Below, in pieces: positions 36,714-45,501 of a stretch of DNA of 64,000 nt. Under the pieces are notes generated by a model that worked only from the letters and a program-made list of their open reading frames with translations, was not told the origin of the DNA and did not search any database. Origin of the DNA: Candidatus Poriferihabitaceae bacterium (GTDB lineage: Bacteria; Pseudomonadota; Gammaproteobacteria; Arenicellales; Poriferihabitantaceae). The stretch covers positions 1,930,547-1,994,546 of the forward strand of contig OZ253546.1 of assembly GCA_965262585.1 (NCBI GenBank). Direction: 5' to 3'. The first letter of the stretch is position 1, and the number at the start of each line of letters is the position of its first letter. A program made the translations under genes and the position numbers.

Positions 36714-37550
36714 GTGCCTTCAATGAAACCATTATTCTCCATTCGCCCGGCCGTTTATCTCGCCGCGCTTGGGTTGTTGTTGTTCGGCGGGCGCGCGCTG
36801 CTTGCGGATGAGGGCTTCGATTACTGGCGGCACACCAACCCGGATTCGGTGGCCGCTGTGGATCACGCGCCGTGGAACGATTTACTGTCGCGCAATGTCC
36901 GCATCAGCGAGGACGGCGTCAACCGCTTCCCCTATCAATCCATCGCCCCTCAAGACCGCGCCCGGTTGGATGCGTATATCGCAATGCTGGAAGAAGTCGC
37001 GGTGACCGATTTGGCCGCCGAGGTACAGTTGGCTTACTGGATCAACTTGTATAACGCCATCACCATACGGGTGATTCTCGATCACTACCCGGTGGATAGC
37101 ATCCGCGATATTCGTTTTGTATGGCATACCCGTGGGCCGTGGAAGAAAGAACTGGCGACTGTCGAGGGGCGGGCGCTCAGTTTGGATGACATTGAGCACC
37201 GCATCGTGCGCCCGATTTTTGGCGACAACCGGGTGCACTACGCGCTCAACTGCGCCTCTATCGGTTGCCCGAACTTGCAGCCGCTCGCGTATACCCGCGA
37301 CAACTTGGATGAATTGCTGGAGACCGCGGCCCGTGAGTACATCAATAATCCCAGAGGAGTGCGTTTTGATGATGACGACGAGTTGATCGTTTCCAGTTTG
37401 TTTAAATGGTATGCGGAAGATTTTGGGCAAGACCAGCGGCAGGTCATCGCACATCTCAAGCAATACGCACAACCGCCACTGCGCAAGCAACTGGAGCGTG
37501 CCGATGAAATAGACGAGTTTTTTTATGACTGGTCGTTGAATGACGGCTGA
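36714..37550 (+). CDS. DUF547 domain protein with signal peptide
   Basis: YWINLYNAITIRVILDHYP...HYALNCASIGCPNL is typical of DUF547. Confidence 0.7.
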   Translation: MPSMKPLFSIRPAVYLAALGLLLFGGRALLADEGFDYWRHTNPDSVAAVDHAPWNDLLSRNVRISEDGVNRFPYQSIAPQDRARLDAYIAMLEEVAVTDLAAEVQLAYWINLYNAITIRVILDHYPVDSIRDIRFVWHTRGPWKKELATVEGRALSLDDIEHRIVRPIFGDNRVHYALNCASIGCPNLQPLAYTRDNLDELLETAAREYINNPRGVRFDDDDELIVSSLFKWYAEDFGQDQRQVIAHLKQYAQPPLRKQLERADEIDEFFYDWSLNDG

Positions 37551-37561
37551 GCGGTGAACCG

Positions 37562-38245
37562 GTGATCCATCAACGCTTCGTTACCGTGATAATTCCGGCC
37601 CTCAACGAAGCCGCTTCCATCGAGCAGGTGCTTCGAGAAATCCCCCCCGGCATTGATCGCGTTATCGTCGTCGACAATGGTTGCAGCGATGACACCGCTG
37701 CGTTGGCGCAGGCTTGTGGTGCCACCGTGGTATGGGAACCGATGACCGGTTATGGCGCCGCGTGTCAGGCTGGCATCAAGCAGGCTGGCGGGGATTTAAT
37801 CGCGTTCATGGATGCCGATTACAGCGATTATCCCGCAGACCTCGATAAGGTCGTCGAGCCGGTCGCCGCCGGACGGGCTGATCTGGTAATCGGCGCCAGA
37901 GTTCCGCAGCATTCATCGGCGTTGCCGCCGCACCAGCGATTCGGCAACTGGCTGCTCTGTCATATAATCGCTTTGCTATACGGCGTCCGTTTCACCGATC
38001 TCGGACCGATGCGTTGTATCCGCCGTGATGCGCTCGAGCGGATGCAGATGATTGACCGAGATTATGGCTGGACTGTAGAGATGCAACTGAAAGCGGCGCG
38101 CATGGGGCTCAGCGTCATCGAAGTGCCGGTGTATTGCCGCAAGCGTATCGGCAAATCCAAAATCTCCGGCACCATCCGCGGCTCGCTGGGGGCCGCTTGC
38201 AAGATTTTTTATTGGATCTTGAAATTGTCGATACGGAAACGCTAG
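37562..38245 (+). CDS. Family 2 glycosyltransferase (polyprenyl-phosphate sugar synthase / DPM1-like)
   Basis: VIIPALNE...VDNGCSDDT...MDADYSD (DxD). Short and soluble, typical of Ppm1/ArnC-like enzymes. Confidence 0.8.
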   Translation: MIHQRFVTVIIPALNEAASIEQVLREIPPGIDRVIVVDNGCSDDTAALAQACGATVVWEPMTGYGAACQAGIKQAGGDLIAFMDADYSDYPADLDKVVEPVAAGRADLVIGARVPQHSSALPPHQRFGNWLLCHIIALLYGVRFTDLGPMRCIRRDALERMQMIDRDYGWTVEMQLKAARMGLSVIEVPVYCRKRIGKSKISGTIRGSLGAACKIFYWILKLSIRKR

Positions 38246-38277
38246 GGATTTTTGTGACGGGTTTTTAACAGGGTTTT

Positions 38278-39603
38278 TTAACAGGGTTTTTTAACTAGAT
38301 ATCGCCAGCCATCCACGCCGAGTGCCGCCGCCACCACAACCAGTTGAGTGTAATACGCCCACGACGCTATCTCGTAGGCGTCGAGGCCGGATTCCATATA
38401 GTTCAACCCGGATACATAAGAAAGCGGCACGGCGATTGCCAATGCCCACGGCCAAACCTGCGGGCGCAGTACGGCAAAGGGCAGCAGCCAGATTACATAC
38501 CACGGATTGACCACCGGGGACAGCAACAGGAACACGCCGAACACCCATTCCCCCCGTGCGAAAAAATCGGGTGATTTTTGCCGCGCCCGGCGAACGAAAT
38601 AAAACAACCACCACAAGCCGAACAAGGTGTAGCAGATGACCCGCGCTGGCAGGTCGCCGAAAAATCCGGTTATGGGCAGGAACAAGCCGGGGTTGAATTG
38701 CCATTGCCGCAAAAATACGCCGAGCACGGCAAGGTCGGTTGCGCCCTGCAGCAGGAAGGGCAAGTACAAAAGTGCCACAATCGCGGCGCATAACAACCAG
38801 TAACGCCGCGCCAACCGCCACAACAAGAACGGCAACATCAAGACCGCGAAGACCTTTGCGGCGCATGCCATCGCCATCAAGACGACGGCGACCAGCGGGT
38901 TGAGTTTGCGCAGGTGAAACGCCGCCACCACCAGCAACACGCCGATAATATCCGGGTGGGCGGTGAAACTGATTTCTTTGACGACCAGCGGACACCATGC
39001 GTATAGCAAGACATAACGGGCCGGCGCATGGCGGCACAGCAATAGGATCAGCGCGACATCAAACAGCGACAGAGTTAGTTGCAGGGCTTTGACGTTTACC
39101 GGCGCCACCAAGTGCAACGCGGCGAACACATATTGCAGTAGCGGGCCGTAAATGGTCGGCAGATGCGGGTTGTTGACTCGGCTTAGCAGAATCTGACATT
39201 CGGTTGGCAGGGGATTACCGGCGAACATCGACTCCGGTGAAACGCCGAAGGGGGTTCCCGTGGCGACAAAAACGCAGCCGTCGAGCAGATACCGAAAATA
39301 GTCGTCTTCCAATATCGGTGTGCCGTAAATGCCGATGGCACGGAAGATGATCGCCCACAGGATGACCGCGCCATAGGTGATTTCTCGGTTGCGCAAAGCA
39401 CACCAAAACCAGTAGCCGAACATCACTATGGCAATATAAAAATGCGCGCCGAGAAAGGCGAAGACACCGACCCGCCCGGGCAGGTTGGATAACCAAGCGA
39501 GATACAGGTAGCCCAGCGCGCAGCCGCCCCCCGCCACCGCCGTCCATACCGCATCGGCGGAGGGCAAACGGCGGAAAACCGACCGAAATATGCCCTCGGT
39601 CAT
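38278..39603 (-). CDS. Polytopic GT-C-type membrane glycosyltransferase (DUF2029/GT87-like)
   Basis: 441 aa with at least 10 TM segments. Periplasmic-loop acidic motif ILEDDYFRY and NPHLPTIYGPLLQ resemble polyprenyl-phosphate-mannose-dependent mannosyltransferases. Confidence 0.55.
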   Translation of the reverse strand: MTEGIFRSVFRRLPSADAVWTAVAGGGCALGYLYLAWLSNLPGRVGVFAFLGAHFYIAIVMFGYWFWCALRNREITYGAVILWAIIFRAIGIYGTPILEDDYFRYLLDGCVFVATGTPFGVSPESMFAGNPLPTECQILLSRVNNPHLPTIYGPLLQYVFAALHLVAPVNVKALQLTLSLFDVALILLLCRHAPARYVLLYAWCPLVVKEISFTAHPDIIGVLLVVAAFHLRKLNPLVAVVLMAMACAAKVFAVLMLPFLLWRLARRYWLLCAAIVALLYLPFLLQGATDLAVLGVFLRQWQFNPGLFLPITGFFGDLPARVICYTLFGLWWLFYFVRRARQKSPDFFARGEWVFGVFLLLSPVVNPWYVIWLLPFAVLRPQVWPWALAIAVPLSYVSGLNYMESGLDAYEIASWAYYTQLVVVAAALGVDGWRYLVKKPC

Positions 39604-39703
39604 GGCGACAGGGGCTGGTTATAGACGCGCATGCAGGCTATAGTCACGGAACCTCGCCGAAAAAAACAGGTCATTGGCGCATATCGATTATCAGGTGATT
39701 ACG

Positions 39704-40228
39704 ATGAAAAAGATAACGTTTATTCTATTGTGTTTGTTGCTGACGGGTAGCCTTGCGCTTGCCTCCGGCGGCGGTTCTGGTGGCAGTAGCGGCGGCGGTT
39801 CTGGTGGCAGTTCCGGCGGCGGTTCCGGTGGCAGTTCTGGTGGCGGTTCCGGTGGCAGTTCTGGCGGCGGTTCCGGCGGCGGTTCCGGCGGTAGTTCCGG
39901 TGGCGGTTCCGGCGGTAGTTCCGGTGGCAGTTCCGGCGGTAGTTCTGGCGGTAGTTCTGGCGGCAGTTCCGGCGGCAGTAGCGGCGGCAGTTCTGGCGGC
40001 GGTGGCGGGGGAACTGCGGCCCAATCCGGCAACTACGACATTGGCAAGGCGGTGTTCTTCTCAAAACTACACTGCGATGCCTGCCCGCTGTCCAATCTTG
40101 AACTGGACGAGTCGGCGGTATCTTCTATCCTGCCGTCGCTAAAATCCGGCGGCGACCTCGGTAAATTGTTAAGTTACCGGGAAAGGTATGCGGTTAGATA
40201 CTTTCTCAAAAGACGGTTTAATCTGTGA
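39704..40228 (+). CDS. Secreted protein: signal peptide, a roughly 85-aa (Gly-Gly-Ser)n tract, then a roughly 70-aa C-terminal domain with CDAC
   Basis: AGGTGA SD upstream of ATG 39704. Signal peptide MKKITFILLCLLLTGSLALA|S. The tail GKAVFFSKLHCDACP looks like a cytochrome-c motif with Pro in place of His. Confidence 0.6.
   Translation: MKKITFILLCLLLTGSLALASGGGSGGSSGGGSGGSSGGGSGGSSGGGSGGSSGGGSGGGSGGSSGGGSGGSSGGSSGGSSGGSSGGSSGGSSGGSSGGGGGGTAAQSGNYDIGKAVFFSKLHCDACPLSNLELDESAVSSILPSLKSGGDLGKLLSYRERYAVRYFLKRRFNL
39765..40011 (+). repeat. Coding microsatellite-like tandem repeat (GGC GGC/GGT AGT/TCT units, 12-15 nt periodicity)
   Basis: About 250 bp composed almost only of GGCGGYAGTTCYGGYGGC variants. 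It produces spurious repeat ORFs in other frames and on both strands. Confidence 0.9.
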
Positions 40229-40273
40229 GAGTGTATTGCCGCTGTGTTTGCCTTGAGTGTTCAGGCTAAATAA

Positions 40274-41065
40274 TCAGGCGGTAGCGGCGATGCGTTTATG
40301 CAGTTCCTCTTGTTGTTCACGCCACGCCAACGCCGCGGGATCGAGGTCGCAACTCGCCGGGGTTTCCGTTTCGTAGTACTGAAAGCGGTCTTCGCCGCGC
40401 ACCAATAGCGCGCTGAAGCCCGGCAGTTTGGTCTGGCGCACATGGGGGGCGATGTATTGGATGTTGAGGCCGATGCGCCGGTCGCCGCTGCGGTTGGGCA
40501 GAGAGGAATGCAGAGTCCAGCCGTGGTGAAAGGACGCCTGACCCGGTTTGAGCGGGCAATATACGGCATCCGATTCGTTCACCTGACGCACCTTCTGACT
40601 TTGGAACAGCACGTTGTTTTCATCCGCCTCGGAAATGTCGTGCTCCCGACGCCCGGCGGCATGACTGCCGGGGATCATGCGCATACAACCGCTTTTTTCA
40701 TCGGCCATCGACAACGCCAACCACACCGACACCTGATCGTCGCAGTCGAGTCCCCAGTAAGTAAGGTCTTGATGCCAACTGACATGCGCCGGGGTGTGCG
40801 CTTCCTTGATGATGTAGGTGGTGTTGTATAACAAGATATCCGGCCCAAGAATTTGCTCCGCGATGTCGAGCATCCCAGGGTGAGTCGCCAGTTCCCAGGG
40901 GGAGCGCAAAATGGTGTGCATCTTGGCCATGTAGTGGGCCGGCCCGATGTGCTGTTCGGCATCTTCCACGCTGCGGCGGTGCGCCACGGCTTGTTCCTCG
41001 TTGAGGATGTCCAGCGGGGATAAAAACCCCAGTTGCTGGTAATCGCTTTTCAGATTGGCGGGCAT
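40274..41065 (-). CDS. Phytanoyl-CoA dioxygenase (PhyH) family Fe(II)/2-oxoglutarate oxygenase
   Basis: HxD (WHQDLTYW) and a distal His (ASFHHGWTLHSS). Start at MPANLKSDY (ATG 41065) with GAGGA SD. Confidence 0.8.
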   Translation of the reverse strand: MPANLKSDYQQLGFLSPLDILNEEQAVAHRRSVEDAEQHIGPAHYMAKMHTILRSPWELATHPGMLDIAEQILGPDILLYNTTYIIKEAHTPAHVSWHQDLTYWGLDCDDQVSVWLALSMADEKSGCMRMIPGSHAAGRREHDISEADENNVLFQSQKVRQVNESDAVYCPLKPGQASFHHGWTLHSSLPNRSGDRRIGLNIQYIAPHVRQTKLPGFSALLVRGEDRFQYYETETPASCDLDPAALAWREQQEELHKRIAATA

Positions 41066-41207
41066 ATGGAATCCTCGCGGGATGGTTGGTGAAAATCCTA
41101 GCACAGAAAGGAGTAAGTCAATCAGAATTTGCCCCGGCGAAAGGTTTCCCCGGCGGGGATTCCGATACAATTACTGGCCTTTTTATCCGTATTGAGTGCG
41201 TTCAGCG

Positions 41208-41786
41208 ATGCCCGAAAAAACAACATGCCCGTGGTGCGGAGACGACCCGCTATACCGGGAATACCACGACCGGGAATGGGGCGTGCCGCTTCACGATGAT
41301 TTGCGGTTGTTCGAGATGCTATGTCTCGAAGGCGCGCAAGCCGGGTTGAGTTGGATTACCATTCTGAAAAAGCGCGAGCAATACCGTGCGGCGTTCGATC
41401 ACTTCGACGCGGTAAAAATGGCGCGTTACAACAAGCGAAAAATCACCGCGCTGCTGAATAACCCCGGCATCGTTCGCAACCAACTCAAGGTCAACGGATT
41501 TGTCAACAATGCGCGCGCGTATTTACGGCTGCTCGATTCGGGAAGTACATTGGATGAATATTTATGGGAATATGTCGACGGCGTGCCGGTGCAGAATGCA
41601 TGGCGGTTGCCTACGGATGTTCCGGCCACCACGCCGTTGTCGGAGCAACTTGCCAAAGACTTAAAGAAAAAAGGCTTCACTTTCGTCGGCAATACCATTT
41701 GTTACGCCTTTATGCAGGCGGTCGGTTTGGTCAACGATCATCTTACCGACTGCTATCGCTACCGCCAACTGGGCGGCGCGAAGTGA
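41208..41786 (+). CDS. tag: DNA-3-methyladenine glycosylase I
   Basis: CPWCGDDPLYREYHDREWGVP...EGAQAGLSW is the canonical Tag N-terminus. Confidence 0.9.
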   Translation: MPEKTTCPWCGDDPLYREYHDREWGVPLHDDLRLFEMLCLEGAQAGLSWITILKKREQYRAAFDHFDAVKMARYNKRKITALLNNPGIVRNQLKVNGFVNNARAYLRLLDSGSTLDEYLWEYVDGVPVQNAWRLPTDVPATTPLSEQLAKDLKKKGFTFVGNTICYAFMQAVGLVNDHLTDCYRYRQLGGAK

Positions 41787-41793
41787 GCGTGAA

Positions 41794-42738
41794 GTGAGCG
41801 TGAAGAGCAGCGCATCGAAGCCGACACAAACCACGCCCGCATCCGCGCTGCCGTATATCCTGGTGCTGTTGTGCGGAGTGGTTTGGGGTATGACTTTTTC
41901 CCTCGCGCGCATCGCCACCTCGGGGTCGGGGCATCCGGTCGGGCTGGCATTTTGGCAAGCATTCGGCGGCGGTTTGGTGCTGCTCGTTTTCTGTTGGTCA
42001 CGACGCCGTTGGCCGAAGTTGAATGGCACCAACTTCAGGCATTCCTGCGTAATCGCATTCGTCGGCACGGCGGTACCCGGCACGCTTTATTTTTACGCCG
42101 CGCCGAATGTACCCGCTGGCGTACTCGCGATCACCGTGGCATTGGTGCCGATGCTGACCTATGCGATCTCGTGGCCGCTCGGCATAGACCACTTCGGGCG
42201 GCGGCGTTTGTGCGGAATCCTGATGGGATTCATCGCCATCGTTTTTTTAGTCGCGCCCGACACCAGTTTGCCCGACCCGTCCATGGCGCGTTGGTTGATC
42301 CTGCCATTGATCGCTTCGATTTTTTACACCATCGAAAACATCTATGTCGATGTGTGCATTCCGCACGATTCCGACCTGGTCGGGCTGCTGACCGGCGCAT
42401 TGATGATCGCGGCGCTGATGCTAGCACCGGTGATGTATTTCGAGGACGCGTTCTACCCGATCAACTGGCCGCTGGATGATGTCGAACTCGCGCTTTTGTC
42501 GATGATGGCGATCAGCAGCGTCGCCTATCTGATGTTTTTATATGTGGTAAAAATGGCGGGCGCGGTGTTCGCCAGCATGGCCGGTTATGTCATCACCATC
42601 GCCGGGGTGTTCTGGGGTCTGGTGTTCTTCGCCGAACGACATTCGCTCTGGGTATGGGCGGCGTTAGTATTGATGCTACTCGGCATGCTCCTGGTCACCC
42701 CCCGCCGCCGCACCCCAGACCTCGGCGCGCACGGCTGA
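41794..42738 (+). CDS. DMT-superfamily (EamA-like) transporter
   Basis: 10-TM profile with two EamA-like halves. GTG start lies inside a short tandem duplication. Confidence 0.75.
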   Translation: MSVKSSASKPTQTTPASALPYILVLLCGVVWGMTFSLARIATSGSGHPVGLAFWQAFGGGLVLLVFCWSRRRWPKLNGTNFRHSCVIAFVGTAVPGTLYFYAAPNVPAGVLAITVALVPMLTYAISWPLGIDHFGRRRLCGILMGFIAIVFLVAPDTSLPDPSMARWLILPLIASIFYTIENIYVDVCIPHDSDLVGLLTGALMIAALMLAPVMYFEDAFYPINWPLDDVELALLSMMAISSVAYLMFLYVVKMAGAVFASMAGYVITIAGVFWGLVFFAERHSLWVWAALVLMLLGMLLVTPRRRTPDLGAHG

Positions 42739-42769
42739 GCGCGTTATTTCGCCGCGTTATTTCACCGCG

Positions 42770-44683
42770 TTACTTCACCAGCAACTTATTAATTCGCTTA
42801 ACATAATCACCCGGGTCTTTGAGCGTTGCGCCTTCCGCTAGTGCGGCGTGGTCGAACAACACATTGGCCCACTCTTCGATCAAGTCACCCTCGGCGTCGA
42901 TCTGTTTGACAATGGCGTGCTGCGGGTTGATTTCTAAAATCGGTTTGCTGTCCGGTGCGTCCTGGCCGATGGCTTGCAAAATGCGCGCCATGTTGCCGCC
43001 GATGTCGTGGCTGTCGGCCACCAGACAAGCGGGCGAATCCACCAGTCGGTTGGAAATCCGCACTTCTTTAACCTTATCTTCAAGCACCGACTTGATTTTG
43101 TCCACCAGCGGTTTCATCCGCGCCGATTGCGGGTCGGCTTTTTCTTCACTGTCTTCGGCGGGGCTTTTTTCGCCCGTCAGTTCACCGATATCGAGGTCGC
43201 CTTTGGCAATCGATTGCAGTGGTTTTTCCTGATAACTGTTCAGGTGGCCGACCACCCATTCGTCAACCGAATCGGATAGCAATAACACCTCGATGTCGTT
43301 CTTGCGGAACACCTCGAGATGTGGAGACGATTTCGCCCCCGCGTGGCTGTCGGCGGTCACATAGTAAATCGCTTTTTGTTTTTCCGGCATCCGGGTGAGA
43401 TAATCTTCAAGCGAGACACTTTGCGTGTCGTCGTCCACATGCGTGGAAGCGAAACGCAACAGTTTGGCGAGCGCGTCTTTGTTTTCAGAATCCTCGATCA
43501 TCCCTTCCTTAATCACGCGACCGTATTCTTTCCACAACGCCGCATATGCATCGCTGTCGTTGGCGGCGATTTTTTTCAGTTCGTTCAGAACTTTTTTGAC
43601 CGAAGCGGCGCGGATTTTGTCGATCTGTTTGTTTTGCTGCAGAAATTCCCGCGACACATTCAACGGCAGGTCGGCGGAATCCACCAAGCCGCGCACGAAA
43701 CGCAGGTAATTCGGCATTAATTGCTTGGCATCCTCGGCGATGAAAATCCGCCGCACATAAAGTTTGATGCCATGCCGTTGCTCGCGATCCCACAAATCGA
43801 ACGGCGCCTTCGATGGGATGTAGAACAACGAGATATACTCCATTTTCCCTTCAACCCGGTTGTGTAGCGTGACCGCCGGCGGCTGCGAATCATAGGTAAG
43901 CGCGGTATACAAAGCGTTATATTCATCGGCGGAAATCTCGGTTTTTGGACGCGCCCACAACGCCGATCCATCGTTGACGGTTTCCCATTGCGCTTCCTGT
44001 CCGGCAATTTCCTTTCCATCGTCATCGCGCTCCAGTTCCTTTTGCATTTGGATTGGCAGCGAGATGTGATCGGAATATTTTCCGATGATGGAGCGCAGGC
44101 GATAATGCTCCCTAAATTCCTTTTGCTCGGGTTTCAGTTTGAGGATGATTTCGGTGCCACGCTCGCGCCGCTCGATGGTTTCAAGGGTGTATTCGCCGCT
44201 GCCGTCGGAGACCCATTTAACCCCTTCAGATTCCGGCGTTCCGGCGCGGCGCGTCAGCAGCGTAACTTCCCCGGCCACCAGAAAAGCCGAATAAAACCCG
44301 ACCCCGAACTGGCCGATGAACGAACTGTCGCGCGCTTCATCTTTGCTCATCTGTTCGATGAATTGGCGCGTGCCGGAGCGGGCGATGGTGCCGATATTCT
44401 CGATCACTTCATCGTGACTCATGCCGATGCCGTTGTCGCGAATGGTGATGGTTTTTTTCTTGTCGTCGATGTCGATCCAAATGCCGAGTGCTTGGTCGTC
44501 TTCGTATAAGTTTTTGTCGGTCAGCGCCAAAAACCGCAGCCGGTCGCAGGCATCCGAAGCATTGGAAATCAACTCACGCAGAAAAATTTCCTTGTTGCTG
44601 TAGAGCGAATGGATGATGAGGTGCAGCAGTTGCTGAACCTCGGTTTGAAACGCATGGGTTTCAACGGCGGTTTTGACGGTCAT
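42770..44683 (-). CDS. htpG: Molecular chaperone HtpG (Hsp90)
   Basis: FQTEVQQLLHLIIHSLYSNKEIFLRELISNASDA and GQFGVGFYS. Start at MTVKTAVETHAF (ATG 44683). Confidence 0.95.
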   Translation of the reverse strand: MTVKTAVETHAFQTEVQQLLHLIIHSLYSNKEIFLRELISNASDACDRLRFLALTDKNLYEDDQALGIWIDIDDKKKTITIRDNGIGMSHDEVIENIGTIARSGTRQFIEQMSKDEARDSSFIGQFGVGFYSAFLVAGEVTLLTRRAGTPESEGVKWVSDGSGEYTLETIERRERGTEIILKLKPEQKEFREHYRLRSIIGKYSDHISLPIQMQKELERDDDGKEIAGQEAQWETVNDGSALWARPKTEISADEYNALYTALTYDSQPPAVTLHNRVEGKMEYISLFYIPSKAPFDLWDREQRHGIKLYVRRIFIAEDAKQLMPNYLRFVRGLVDSADLPLNVSREFLQQNKQIDKIRAASVKKVLNELKKIAANDSDAYAALWKEYGRVIKEGMIEDSENKDALAKLLRFASTHVDDDTQSVSLEDYLTRMPEKQKAIYYVTADSHAGAKSSPHLEVFRKNDIEVLLLSDSVDEWVVGHLNSYQEKPLQSIAKGDLDIGELTGEKSPAEDSEEKADPQSARMKPLVDKIKSVLEDKVKEVRISNRLVDSPACLVADSHDIGGNMARILQAIGQDAPDSKPILEINPQHAIVKQIDAEGDLIEEWANVLFDHAALAEGATLKDPGDYVKRINKLLVK

Positions 44684-44731
44684 AATAATGGTCGGTGCAG
44701 GTTGGAGTGATAATTCGAGCAAACGCGGAAA

Positions 44732-44758
44732 AAATGGGGATGCCACGCCGATTTTCAA
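44732..44758 (-). promoter_or_regulatory. Sigma-32 (RpoH) heat-shock promoter of htpG
   Basis: The minus strand reads gTTGAAA-13 nt-CCCCATTT, matching the TTGAAA-N13/14-CCCCATNT consensus. It lies about 45 nt upstream of the htpG ATG. Confidence 0.65.
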
Positions 44759-44789
44759 CCCCCACGGCGGCCAAATGACGACCTTGCGA

Positions 44790-45400
44790 TAGCCGACTCC
44801 CCAGGCCCGTCATTCTCGCGAAAGCGGGAATCCAGTACAACATGTCCTGCGACAGCCGACTCCTTATTAGCCTTCTGGATTCCCGATACGATGAAAAATA
44901 TGGTCGCTGGCGCTCCCTATTTTTCTATCGTTCGGGAATGACGCACTTTTGATATTCCTCGTTTGTCGATGAGGACTCCCAGATCGTCATTCTCGTGCCG
45001 CCAAGTCGTTATTTCCGCGACAGCGGGAATAACGACTTGGGGGACACGGGAATCCAGTGAAACATGCCGGCGACAGCCGACTCCCTACGCCGTTATTCTC
45101 GCGCAACTGGAATCCAGTACAACATGTCCTGCGAGATCCGACTCATTATTAGCCTTCTGGATTCCCGATACGATGAAAAATATGGTCGCTGGCGCTCCCT
45201 ATTTTTCTATCGTTCGAGAATGACGCACTTTTGATATTCCTCGTTTGTCGATGAGGACTCCCAGATCGTCATTCTCGTGCCCCCAAGTCGTTATTTCCGC
45301 GACAGCGGGAATGACGACTTGGGGGACACGGGAATCCAGTGAAACAAGTCCGGCGACAGCCGCTCCTTATAATAACCGGCTCCGGCGGGCATTTAATCGC
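44790..45400. repeat. Array of REP-like hairpin modules (left array), including a roughly 282-bp tandem duplication
   Basis: Three modules recur. One is CGTCATTCTCGCGAAAGCGGGAATCCAG. The second is a roughly 62-bp hairpin, ATTCCCGATACGATGAAAAATA..TATTTTTCTATCGTTCGGGAAT. The third is a roughly 40-bp hairpin, CCAAGTCGTTATTTCCGCGACAGCGGGAATAACGACTTGG. Segment 44868.. repeats at 45148... Confidence 0.85.
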
Positions 45401-45410
45401 GATTTGTGGC

Positions 45411-45440
45411 TTGACTATCCGGCAATCGCTTCAATATAAT
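45411..45440 (+). promoter_or_regulatory. Near-consensus sigma-70 promoter of the autotransporter gene
   Basis: TTGACT (45411), an 18-nt spacer, then TATAAT (45435). GAGGA SD lies about 9 nt before ATG 45502. Confidence 0.55.
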
Positions 45441-45501
45441 GGCTGAGACTTTGTATTTGTGGAAACCTTTCAACGGCGCATTATTACGAGGAACATTTAC
45501 C

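Noticed and set aside
39691-40142. Repeat ORFs translating as PPPELPPEL..., NRRRNCH... and TAAGTATGT..., plus a VAVPAAV... plus-strand frame
   Set aside because: These are alternative-frame and antisense readings of the (GGS)n coding microsatellite. Only the frame starting at ATG 39704 has an SD, a signal peptide and a non-repetitive C-terminal domain.
44963-45439. Duplicated small ORFs MSMRTPRSSFSC(R/P)QVVISATAG..TTWGTRESSET, and similar ORFs at 48579..49013
   Set aside because: They lie wholly within the REP-like hairpin arrays and occur in both orientations. Their repetition reflects the 282-bp DNA duplication, so they were not called as genes.
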